Below are positions 30,806 to 39,479 of a DNA stretch of 64,000 nucleotides, one piece after another (position 1 is the stretch's first letter; every line of letters begins with the position of its first letter). The stretch comes from an uncultured Pseudomonadota bacterium (GTDB lineage Bacteria > Oederibacteriota > Muellerivitia > Muellerivitales > Muellerivitaceae). The position numbers were made by a program, and so were the translations under genes. The stretch covers positions 448,001-512,000 of the forward strand of contig CAVYRH010000026.1 in the NCBI GenBank assembly GCA_963770835.1, written 5' to 3'. The notes beneath the pieces were generated by a model. It did no database searches. It was not told where the DNA came from and saw only the letters and a program-made list of their open reading frames with translations.

Positions 30806-31480
30806 TTATCCGCGGTCTTGGAGGACGTAACCCACCCCCCGCACGGTATGGATCAGCTTGCGGTCGAAGGGGTCATCCATCTTGGAGCGGAGACGGCGGA
30901 CGTGGACGTCCACCACATTCGTGTCACTGTCAAAAGTCATGCCCCAAATTTGTTCCGCCAAGAGGGTCCGGGACAGGACATCGCCGGTGCGGGAGGCAAG
31001 GAAATAAAGAAGGGAAAATTCCTTTGGGGTGAGGTCGAGCCGCTGGCCCGACCGCTGGGCCCTCTGGCGGATGGGGTCCATCTCCAGGTCGCCGACCTGG
31101 AGGACTTCCGGGGACCGGGACTGGCTACGCCTCAGGAGGGTGTGCACCCGCGCCAAAAGTTCCGCGAAAGCGAAGGGCTTCACCAGGTAATCGTCCGCTC
31201 CCGATTCCAACCCCCTCACCCGGTCCTCCACCGCGTCCCGGGCGGTCAAGAAAAGAATGGGAAACTTCTGTCCCAACCGGCGCAGGTCCTCCAGGATGGA
31301 CCAACCGTCCTTGTCCGGAAGCATGACGTCCAGGATGAGGAGGTCGCAACCGCCCGCCAGCGCCATCTGGAAACCGGTTTCGCCGTTCCCACTGCGATTG
31401 ACCGTATAACCGTTCTCCGCCAGGCCTTTCGCGAGATAGGCGGCGGTTTTGGTTTCGTCCTCGACAACGAGAATTTTCAT
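30806..31480 (-). CDS. Heavy-metal response regulator (CusR/CzcR-like, OmpR family)
   Basis: LDVMLP, LTARD, GADDYLVKPFAF and FDSDTNVVDVHVRRLRSKMDDPFDRKLIHTVRGVGY motifs. Confidence 0.93.
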   Translation of the reverse strand: MKILVVEDETKTAAYLAKGLAENGYTVNRSGNGETGFQMALAGGCDLLILDVMLPDKDGWSILEDLRRLGQKFPILFLTARDAVEDRVRGLESGADDYLVKPFAFAELLARVHTLLRRSQSRSPEVLQVGDLEMDPIRQRAQRSGQRLDLTPKEFSLLYFLASRTGDVLSRTLLAEQIWGMTFDSDTNVVDVHVRRLRSKMDDPFDRKLIHTVRGVGYVLQDRG

Positions 31481-31944
31481 AATTTCCGATCAACTTTTTT
31501 TGAGGCCGGGTGGAAGGGCCTTATGAAAAATTCCAAGGCCGCCTCCTCGAAGCCGGAACATTATCACCTCCAGCCGTTATTTAAAATTGCGGGCAAATTT
31601 AATTTCCCCAAATTTAACAAGGCCTCAACCCCATTGGTCACAGGGAAAACGAAATTTAATACACCCCCTCGGTGGATAAGCTGAATAGCCAAATTTAAGT
31701 TAAGAACCGATAGCAAAACTAAAATTTTAATCTTTCCGCAGAGGCGCAGAGACCCATGCCAACCATCATTTTGATAGTTATTCAGAGTCTACAGCCACGG
31801 GCTAGGAGCGTATCGTTTTTAACCCCTTGTTTTTCAAGGGGTGATTCGCGACACAGATACGAAAAAGTTTGTCGTTTGGATTTTTTCATCATCCGGCTAA
31901 GAATAAAAATGTCGAAGGATTTGGGCGGTTTTGAATCCAAAGGG

Positions 31945-31966
31945 AAGATGACGATTTCGTCATCTT
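31945..31966. promoter_or_regulatory. CusR/CopR-type operator palindrome
   Basis: Perfect AAGATGACGA-TT-TCGTCATCTT, similar to the E. coli CusR box (AAAATGACAA-NN-TTGTCATTTT), between the divergent regulator and TonB receptor genes. Confidence 0.7.
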
Positions 31967-32123
31967 ATCGTTACGTTCATTTTATTTTTCCGAAACCTAG
32001 GGAGTCCTAACCGTCCCTAAACTCTGCCGCGATTGAAGGCGGGCTTATCCGTGCGCCCGGCGGAAGTTCATTCGTGGAATCTCTGACAAGATTTCATTTA
32101 ACAGTTTGAGAAAGGGAGTTTTT

Positions 32124-34850
32124 ATGAGAATCAAGCAAAGCAGTTCAAGCCTTGCAGGGCTGGTGTTGTTCTCCTTTATCTTTTTACTTTCCTTCTCCAA
32201 CGCCAAGGCCCAAGTGGCCGCGACAACCCCTGTGGAAAGCATGGGCAACACCCTCTCGGCCTCTGCGACGGGGATTTCCACCCTGCCCGAAGTCAATGTG
32301 ACGGCCCACGGCATCGACCAGGCCGCCGCCTTCGACGAGATGCACGAATCCATGAACAAGGTGAACGTGCTGTCCCAGGACCAGATCAACCAGACGCCGG
32401 CCAAGTCCGTGGCCCAGGCCGCCGAGCAGCTGCCCGGCGTTGGAACCCTGCATGACACCAGCGAAGCCCGCTATATCACGATCCGGGGCACGGATCCAAA
32501 CCTGGATATCATCACTTTCAATGAGACGATCATCCCCTCCTATGATGAGGCGTCCCGGTCCGTGGACCTGGACGACATCCCGGCGGGCTTGTTCGGCGAA
32601 TTTGAGCTCTACAAGACGATCTTTCCGAACATGGACGCCCAAGGTATCGGCGGCCAACTCAACCTCGTTCCCAAATATGCCAAGGATTATCCGGGCGGAC
32701 TTTTTGAACTGAAGGCCGAAGGGGAATATTTCCCGGAACGCAGCCAACCGGGCGTCAGGGGCGAGTTGACCTGGGCCGATACCTACAACCTGGGGGGGAA
32801 AACCAACCTGGGGATCCTCGTGGACGCCGGGTATCAATTCAGCCGGTTTGGGATCGACGACTTGGAAAATGATTACACCGACCCCTCGAAAAACCCTTTA
32901 GTTCCCAATTCCATCAAGGATTACCAATTCCGGTATTACGACTATGAGCGGGACCGGGCCGGAATCGGGGCGAACATCAACCTCGACATGGATCGGGACA
33001 ACAAGCTCTACGCCAATTTGATGTACAGCGGTTATGACGAGTACCGCGATCCCGTATGGCACACGGAATATAAAAACATTGATGCCGTCGCGGGCGATGG
33101 CGCCATCGTCAACGCCGATGGCAGCATCACGATTCCCGACGTCACCGCCGGCAAAGGGCTCGATGTCAGCAAAAGCGGAACGGATAATTTGACACAGTTC
33201 CGCACCTTGGCCGCGGGGGTGGGGGGCAAGAACAATCTCGGGGGCTTCATCCTGGACTATAACGCCAACTTCGCCTATACGGAGACCTATCAGCCATGGA
33301 ACTACGGCTATGGTTTCGATAACGCGAACGCGACAGGCTCATTGACCTATAACAACACCGGCAATAACGGGAACATGCCTTCCATCAACTTAAGCGGCCT
33401 GAACGGGACGGACACCAATCCGGCCAATTTCATCTATCAAGGCGCGGGTGGCGGTTTCAGCACTTACGAAGTGTCCCAGTACGGTGGAAGGGCCGATGGC
33501 AAGTTCGACATACCGCTTGGGGGGGACGATACCAGCACGGTCAAATTTGGCGCGGCCGCGCGGTTGAATTACTCCACCAACACCGGGGAAAGCCTTACCT
33601 CGACCCAGACGGCCGCCGGAACCACCCTTTCCCTAAGCTATTTCTCCCTTTACTCCCCCAGTTACTATCCCCCCAACAACATCTATAACATGGGGCCGAT
33701 TCCAACCTTAGCCTCGACGAACATTCTCAACGGCTCGAACCAATTCCAAGGGGCCTTTATCCAAACCGATCCCAATGGGGACAAGGGGGGCGATTATAAC
33801 AACTGGGAGGATGTCTTCGCGGAATACGCCATGTACACCGTCACAAGCGGCCCCATGGTGGCTATGGCAGGCGCCCGGATCGAAACCACGCACATTCAAT
33901 ACAACTGGTTTGAGGCTTACCAACTTGATCCCACCACCGGGGATCCGACGGGCCCCGAATTGCCCACCCCGCTGGCGGAAACGGGAACCATCGACTATAC
34001 CAACGTCCTGCCGAGCCTGGGGTTCAAGTATACGTTCAATCCCCAGCTCACCACCCGGATGAACTATTCGCAGACCCTCTCCCGTCCAACCCAGAACCAG
34101 TACATCCCCGCGTTCAGCTTGGGGCAGGCCCTGAGCGCCCAGAGCGGGAACAACGACGTTTCATTCACCTTCGGCAACCCGAACCTGAAACCGGAGATAT
34201 CTAACAATTTCGACTTCTCTTGGGAGCTTTATCCACAAAAGGGTGCCATCTTGGGCGTGGACCTGTTCCTTAAGCAGATCCAAAACTATATCGCGCTAAA
34301 TTACTCCAGGGTGGAAGGCCCGGGTGGGGTCGGCTCCGGCGGGGTCACCGACTCCATCAACTACATTAACATTGCCGGTTCCGTTATCGACGGAATTGAA
34401 TTCCAGTACCAGCAGCAATACACCATGCTTCCCGATCCCCTGGATGGTTTGGGTTTCCGCGGGTCTATGTCCGTTATCGGTTCTCAGGGAGAGCTTTCTC
34501 CGGGTGTCTACGGCGAACTGCCCAGCCAGTCCGACCTCATCTGGGAAACCGGCGTGTTTTATAAGAAGAGCGGGTTTACCCTCGACGTCGCGGGCAATTT
34601 CACCGGCAGAACCTTAACGGTGATCGGGGACCCAAATGCGGCGTCTTATTCCCCGAGCATTTATTACGACGATTATTTCCAGGTCAACGCGAAGGCCCAG
34701 TACGCCCTCACCAAGGACTTCTCGATCTATGCCGACTGGAACAACATCAACAACGCGGACCTCCGTTATTACCAGGGTTCGTCCAATTACCCGATCCAGA
34801 ACGAGTTCTACGGGCCTTCCTACGATGGTGGTATCGACGTCACCTTTTAA
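32124..34850 (+). CDS. TonB-dependent outer-membrane receptor
   Basis: Signal peptide, TonB-box-like EVNVTA, plug (QLPGV...RYITIRG...IGGQLNL), GNPNLKPE, C-terminal Phe. Confidence 0.92.
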   Translation: MRIKQSSSSLAGLVLFSFIFLLSFSNAKAQVAATTPVESMGNTLSASATGISTLPEVNVTAHGIDQAAAFDEMHESMNKVNVLSQDQINQTPAKSVAQAAEQLPGVGTLHDTSEARYITIRGTDPNLDIITFNETIIPSYDEASRSVDLDDIPAGLFGEFELYKTIFPNMDAQGIGGQLNLVPKYAKDYPGGLFELKAEGEYFPERSQPGVRGELTWADTYNLGGKTNLGILVDAGYQFSRFGIDDLENDYTDPSKNPLVPNSIKDYQFRYYDYERDRAGIGANINLDMDRDNKLYANLMYSGYDEYRDPVWHTEYKNIDAVAGDGAIVNADGSITIPDVTAGKGLDVSKSGTDNLTQFRTLAAGVGGKNNLGGFILDYNANFAYTETYQPWNYGYGFDNANATGSLTYNNTGNNGNMPSINLSGLNGTDTNPANFIYQGAGGGFSTYEVSQYGGRADGKFDIPLGGDDTSTVKFGAAARLNYSTNTGESLTSTQTAAGTTLSLSYFSLYSPSYYPPNNIYNMGPIPTLASTNILNGSNQFQGAFIQTDPNGDKGGDYNNWEDVFAEYAMYTVTSGPMVAMAGARIETTHIQYNWFEAYQLDPTTGDPTGPELPTPLAETGTIDYTNVLPSLGFKYTFNPQLTTRMNYSQTLSRPTQNQYIPAFSLGQALSAQSGNNDVSFTFGNPNLKPEISNNFDFSWELYPQKGAILGVDLFLKQIQNYIALNYSRVEGPGGVGSGGVTDSINYINIAGSVIDGIEFQYQQQYTMLPDPLDGLGFRGSMSVIGSQGELSPGVYGELPSQSDLIWETGVFYKKSGFTLDVAGNFTGRTLTVIGDPNAASYSPSIYYDDYFQVNAKAQYALTKDFSIYADWNNINNADLRYYQGSSNYPIQNEFYGPSYDGGIDVTF

Positions 34851-34918
34851 ACCTGGGTCGAGCTTCAAGGGGATATCTCTCAACCCCTCGTCCAACCCGG
34901 CAAGAGTTTAAAGACCCA

Positions 34919-34951
34919 GCACGGTTTCGGCTTCAGGGACCGAAATCGTGC
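34919..34951 (+). terminator. Hairpin downstream of the TonB receptor (terminator or stabiliser)
   Basis: GCACGGTTTCGG...CCGAAATCGTGC; no strong T tail. Confidence 0.35.
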
Positions 34952-35032
34952 GCCGGGTTCGGGCTTACCCGATAAGAGACCGGTTCTTTTGTATGTTTTA
35001 GATTTAATGATTGCGGTTGTTGCGGGGAATAT

Positions 35033-35178
35033 TCGACCCTTCGATAGTCCCAGGGCAAGATTAAATGCCCTGAGCCTGTCGAAGGGTCGGTTGCTTTTTG
35101 AGGGGGCTTGGTGGTGTATCAGTTAGAATGAACCTTTTTCCACCCTCACCCCGCCCTCTCCCCTCAAGGGAGAGGGGG
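35033..35178. repeat. Two REP-like palindromes
   Basis: CGACCCTTCGA..CAGGGC / GCCCTGAG..TCGAAGGGTCG (35035-35089) and CCCTCACCCCGCCCTCTCCC..GGGAGAGGG (35143-35177; inverted copy of 29076-29111). Confidence 0.7.
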
Positions 35179-35413
35179 AAACTAGCAAAAACCCGCGCCC
35201 ATTGGCTGGGGTTTTGGGGGTACATAGGGGGTTCTCCCTAATGAGTTCTTTCAGGGAGACGGGTATGGTGAGGGGTGTCGGATGCTTTCTGTAAACGAAA
35301 ATGAGACGCTACCTGTTTTTGGGGGGCTTGAAGACGTTCCCGAAATGAAGGACCATTCCTAGGCCAAAGCCCCATGTTTTCTTAGTTTGAAAAACGAAAC
35401 AAAGGAATTTTAA

Positions 35414-36040
35414 ATGAGCTTGATTTTTATGCATATGGCCTTGTTGGGCGACACCTGGGTGATCGGGCTGCTGATCCTGGCCAGCGTGGTTTCCATCGGG
35501 GTCATGTTCGAGCGCTGGCTGGTTTTCCGCAAGAACCGGGGCGACCTTTCCTCTTTGCTGGACGGATTGGCGGCCAGCCTGGAAAAGAACGACATTCCCG
35601 AGGCGGTGGCCCTGGCCGAAAACAGCCAAAGGGTGGAGGCCCGGGTGGCCCTGGCGGGGTTGAAGAACTACCAAAAAGGCGCTCCGGCGGTAGAGGAAGT
35701 CATGGTCTCCCACTGGCTGAGGGAAAAGCTGGAGCTTGAAAGGTACTTGATCATCCTGGGGACCCTCGGCAACAACGCACCTTTCGTCGGGCTTTTCGGG
35801 ACGGTGCTGGGCGTGATCAAAGCCTTCAACGACCTGGGGATGACGGGCCAAAGCGGCGTCTCGGTGGTCATGGCCGGTATTTCCAGCGCCCTGATCGCCA
35901 CGGCCTTCGGCATCCTGGTGGCTATCCCGGCGGTTGTGGCCAACAATTTCTTCCTGACCCGCCTGGGCGAGATCCAGACCAACACCGACAGCCTTTCCCG
36001 CATCCTGCTGGCCTATCTCAAGCAAGAGAAGGCCAAATAA
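35414..36040 (+). CDS. exbB: ExbB/TolQ/MotA proton-channel protein
   Basis: LGTLGNNAPFVGLFGTVLG and GISSALIATAFGILVAIPA motifs. Confidence 0.9.
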   Translation: MSLIFMHMALLGDTWVIGLLILASVVSIGVMFERWLVFRKNRGDLSSLLDGLAASLEKNDIPEAVALAENSQRVEARVALAGLKNYQKGAPAVEEVMVSHWLREKLELERYLIILGTLGNNAPFVGLFGTVLGVIKAFNDLGMTGQSGVSVVMAGISSALIATAFGILVAIPAVVANNFFLTRLGEIQTNTDSLSRILLAYLKQEKAK

Positions 36041-36441
36041 TGCTTCCGGGATCCGGCGACCGGGGCCTGGTCACGGGCATCAATGTCACCCCTATGGTGG
36101 ATATCACGCTGGTGCTGTTGATTATCTTCATGGTGACGGCCACCTTCATCAGCGAACAGGCCCTCCAGGTGCACCTGCCCAAGGTGGTCAAGGAGGAAAA
36201 GGCCCCCCAACCCGCCCTGGTGGTGACCTTGGGCTCCAAGGGCGAACTCAAATTCAACCAGAAAAACATCGACCTGGCCGGCCTGACCCAACAAATGACG
36301 GTCGAGACAAGCGTCAACCCCGAGGTGAAAGTGATCCTCAAGGCGGATAAGAGCGTCCCCTACGAGCAATTGGCCCAGGTCCTGGACTCGATCAAGATGG
36401 GCGGGGTCCAGAAGGTGGCCCTGGCCATGGACCGGAAATAG
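36040..36441 (+). CDS. exbD: ExbD/TolR protein
   Basis: INVTPMVDITLVLLIIFMVTA and ILKADK motifs. Confidence 0.9.
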   Translation: MLPGSGDRGLVTGINVTPMVDITLVLLIIFMVTATFISEQALQVHLPKVVKEEKAPQPALVVTLGSKGELKFNQKNIDLAGLTQQMTVETSVNPEVKVILKADKSVPYEQLAQVLDSIKMGGVQKVALAMDRK

Positions 36442-37070
36442 TGAACGGACCCTTCGGCGGAATTATGGTGAACCGGTACTTTAGCAACAATGAAATGAAC
36501 CGACTCTTCGAGGAGTTCCTGGGGGAACCCCTTTTCAAGGGCATCCTGGTGTCGGGCCTCCTACACCTGTCCATCTTCGGCATCGCCCTGGGGATCATCG
36601 CCTGGAGCGAGGCCCATGCCGCATACCAGACGAGTATCGACCTCAGCGCCACCCCCCTTATGACCATGGCGCCCAATCCTGTCAAGCCGCCGCCCCCCGA
36701 ACCCTGGATCCTGGCTAAAAAAGGCAAGGCCCCCCCGCCGCCCCTGGTCAAGCCCACGCCCACCCCCGAGCCGGCTTCGCCTTATGTTGCCGCCACCCGC
36801 CAGCCTTCCCTGGTGGGAGGCTTTATCGACGAGAACGATTATCCCCTCGAGATGCGGAAACAAAAGAAGGAAGGCCAGGTGATCGTGGAACTTCTCATCA
36901 ACATCGAGGGGAAGGTGGATAAGGTGACGATCCTCCAAGGCGCCGATCCAGCTTTCAACCAGGTGGTCTTGGACAAGCTGAAGGACGCGAGGTTCCGGCC
37001 CGCCTTGGATAAGTTGGGCTCGCCCATCAATTGCCGGGTACGACTTCCCATCAGCTTCAAACTGGATTAA
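36441..37070 (+). CDS. tonB: TonB energy transducer (start uncertain, possibly 36466 or 36495)
   Basis: TM anchor with S..LH, Pro-rich spacer, YP...EGQV...I..EGKV...FRPA C-terminal domain. Confidence 0.85.
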   Translation: MNGPFGGIMVNRYFSNNEMNRLFEEFLGEPLFKGILVSGLLHLSIFGIALGIIAWSEAHAAYQTSIDLSATPLMTMAPNPVKPPPPEPWILAKKGKAPPPPLVKPTPTPEPASPYVAATRQPSLVGGFIDENDYPLEMRKQKKEGQVIVELLINIEGKVDKVTILQGADPAFNQVVLDKLKDARFRPALDKLGSPINCRVRLPISFKLD

Positions 37071-37129
37071 ATCGCCTGTTGGGGGGCTTCTTCAAGGGGC
37101 GGGGTCAAACTAAGGAGAACAGAAAAGCC

Positions 37130-38179
37130 ATGAATCATAAACATCATTTAATCTTTTCCTGCTTTTTGATGCTCGCGGTTTCCGCGCCCCAGTCTCTCTG
37201 GCCCAAGGAAACCTCCTCTTTCAAAAAAGACCTGCTTGCTTTCCATAAAAACCCCCGGGATTTGGATTTTCGGGAAAAAATCATCCAGGAAGTCCTCGCC
37301 ATGAAATCCGCCCCTTCCCTGCCCGCTACGGCGGTCAGCCTGAAGGGCCAGGCGAAAGAAGCCTCCGAAAAGTCGCAATTCAAGGACGCGGCCCAATCAC
37401 TTTCCATTGCCTCCGATTGGGCCCCTTGGGACGCCGGCATCTATTCCGATCTGGCCCAAGCCCAGGAAAAAGCGGAGTTCTATCCCGAAGCCGTCCAAAG
37501 CCTGACCCTTTACCTGTTGGCCGCGCCCAAAGCGGAGGACCGGCAACAGGTCCAGGACCGGATCGGGAAACTGGACGATCAGAATAAAAAATGGATGGCG
37601 GGCCAAATTGATCGCCTGGACGAGGATAGCGTGGAGAACGCACTGGCCGCCCGGCTCGTGAATATGGGGCCCGCGGCCAGGACCGAAGTTCCCTTCCTGG
37701 CCAAGGCCCTGAGAACCAACGACGATGATATCCGGTCCCACGCCGCCATGATCCTGGGGCAAATGGGGCATGACGCGGTCCCGGCGATCCCAGCCTTGTC
37801 GGCCCGGTTGGACGATCCCCAGACCCTGGTCCGGGAAAACGCGGCCTTCGCGCTCTCGAAAATTGGGCCCGAGGTCGTCCAGGTTTTGCCGGACTTGGCG
37901 GATTCCTTGAGGGACGATGATGTCCTCGTCCGGAACAGTGTTTCCTGCGCGCTGGGGAATATCGGACCCACGGCCGTAAAAGCGGTGCCGGCCCTGATCA
38001 AGGCTTTGAAGGACCCGGACCCCGCGGTCCGGGCAAACGTGGCCTATGCGCTGGGAAAAATCGGCCCAGGCGCCAAGGAAGCCTTGCCGGCCTTGGAGGG
38101 GATGTCGAACGAGGTTGACCCGACGGCCAAGAAAAATGAGGCCTGGGCGGTCAAGCAAATCAACGCAACAGCCGAATGA
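37130..38179 (+). CDS. Exported TPR + HEAT (PBS-lyase-like) repeat protein
   Basis: Signal peptide; TPR-like segment YL..AP.A.D; four to five VPAL..AL.D.D..VR..AA.ALG.IG repeats. Confidence 0.8.
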   Translation: MNHKHHLIFSCFLMLAVSAPQSLWPKETSSFKKDLLAFHKNPRDLDFREKIIQEVLAMKSAPSLPATAVSLKGQAKEASEKSQFKDAAQSLSIASDWAPWDAGIYSDLAQAQEKAEFYPEAVQSLTLYLLAAPKAEDRQQVQDRIGKLDDQNKKWMAGQIDRLDEDSVENALAARLVNMGPAARTEVPFLAKALRTNDDDIRSHAAMILGQMGHDAVPAIPALSARLDDPQTLVRENAAFALSKIGPEVVQVLPDLADSLRDDDVLVRNSVSCALGNIGPTAVKAVPALIKALKDPDPAVRANVAYALGKIGPGAKEALPALEGMSNEVDPTAKKNEAWAVKQINATAE

Positions 38180-38324
38180 AGCCTTTGCGAAAAAGCATTT
38201 TATAAAACCAGGTTGCTGGCTTGGATCCCCCCCTGGGGGCAGAGGGATTTTGTTCTGGCCGAAGAATGGTGTAAGCGGGTTCATTGATAGGATGGCGCCG
38301 AAAGTTTATTTTGGAGGTAGAAGC

Positions 38325-39314
38325 ATGAAAAAGTTTTTGAAGGTTTTCGCTCCCATAGCTTTGGGGTTGGGAATGCTGGCCCTGGCTTGTTCCAGCAACA
38401 ATAAAGGAAATCCCGCCGCGCCTTCCAGTCCTCTCCCACCCACCAATACGCCTTGCGTGGACTCCCAGGGTCATACCTGCACCCCCACGGTGACTGCCAC
38501 GCCCACCAATACTTTTACGCCCACTCCCACCATCACTCCCGGGCCCCTGAATGTTACGGCGCCCACGACCCTGACCACGGGCGGATATGCCTTCACCACC
38601 GTGGACATCGGACAAGCCCTTTATATCAACGGCGCGGTGACAATTGACGCGGGGACTTACTTCAACCTTCCGGCCGGGGCCACTATCATCGGGGATGGGA
38701 GGGGATACACGGCGGGAACAGGTCCGGGAACAAGCACCAATATTGGCGGTGGGGGCCATGGCGGGGCCGGGGGAGCTTCCGGGACCGGATCGGATGCCGG
38801 ACCGGCGAATGACCTTGCCGCCGGGCCCACTTTGATGGGAAGCGGCGGAGGTGGTTCAGGGGCGGGATCCGGCGGCGGCCTCTTGACGATTAACGTCCCA
38901 TCCGGGCCGGCTACTTTGGACGGTTTCATCAGTATGAACGGAAATGCCGGGACAAAGGGAGGCAATGAGATAGGGAGTGCGGGAAATCCAGGAAGCGGAG
39001 GGGGCGCGGGGGGAGCGATTTACGTGAAAGCGGTCACCATCGTGTTCAACGGGGGGACGCTTGAGGCTAACGGCGGAAACGGCGGAAATGGGGGCAACTC
39101 GGCAACGGGTGGGGGCTACAGCGGATCTGCCGGCGGAGATGGGGGCGGGGGCGGGGGTGGAGGAATCATCTCACTGCTGTACCATGCGTCTTTGGCAGGT
39201 TCCGGGAGCATGGCAGTAACCGGAGGCGCTGGGGGGGCAAATGGTACAGGCAAACCCAATGGAACTCCTGGCGTGGCGGGAAACCCGGGGAGCGCCGGAC
39301 AATCCACGTATTAA
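38325..39314 (+). CDS. Glycine-rich lipoprotein with PT linker
   Basis: GGAGG RBS; MKK...LALA-C lipobox; GGGHGG, GSGGGG and GSGGGAGG tracts. Confidence 0.75.
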   Translation: MKKFLKVFAPIALGLGMLALACSSNNKGNPAAPSSPLPPTNTPCVDSQGHTCTPTVTATPTNTFTPTPTITPGPLNVTAPTTLTTGGYAFTTVDIGQALYINGAVTIDAGTYFNLPAGATIIGDGRGYTAGTGPGTSTNIGGGGHGGAGGASGTGSDAGPANDLAAGPTLMGSGGGGSGAGSGGGLLTINVPSGPATLDGFISMNGNAGTKGGNEIGSAGNPGSGGGAGGAIYVKAVTIVFNGGTLEANGGNGGNGGNSATGGGYSGSAGGDGGGGGGGGIISLLYHASLAGSGSMAVTGGAGGANGTGKPNGTPGVAGNPGSAGQSTY

Positions 39315-39332
39315 AACATGGATTTTAACCGC

Positions 39333-39438
39333 CTGAGATTGTCCTTGGGTTAAAGCCCAAGGACGGTTGGCCGCAATGAGGCCAACTACAACAAGCTTGG
39401 CCTAAATCGCCCCGTTTGGGGCTGGGCCTCGCAATGAC
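39333..39438. repeat. 106-nt structured repeat, second copy of 29266-29371
   Basis: Shared CTGAGATTG start, GGTTGGCC..GGCCAACTAC, ACAAGC.TGGCC.AAATCGC and GCTGGGCCTCGCAATGAC end. Confidence 0.8.
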
Positions 39439-39479
39439 AAAACAACATCGAACTAATGCGCCACTGATAGGAGCTGTTC

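Noticed and set aside
31680..32123. Possible cobalamin or TPP riboswitch before the TonB receptor
   Set aside because: No B12-box or TPP core motifs recognised by eye; an Rfam scan would settle it.
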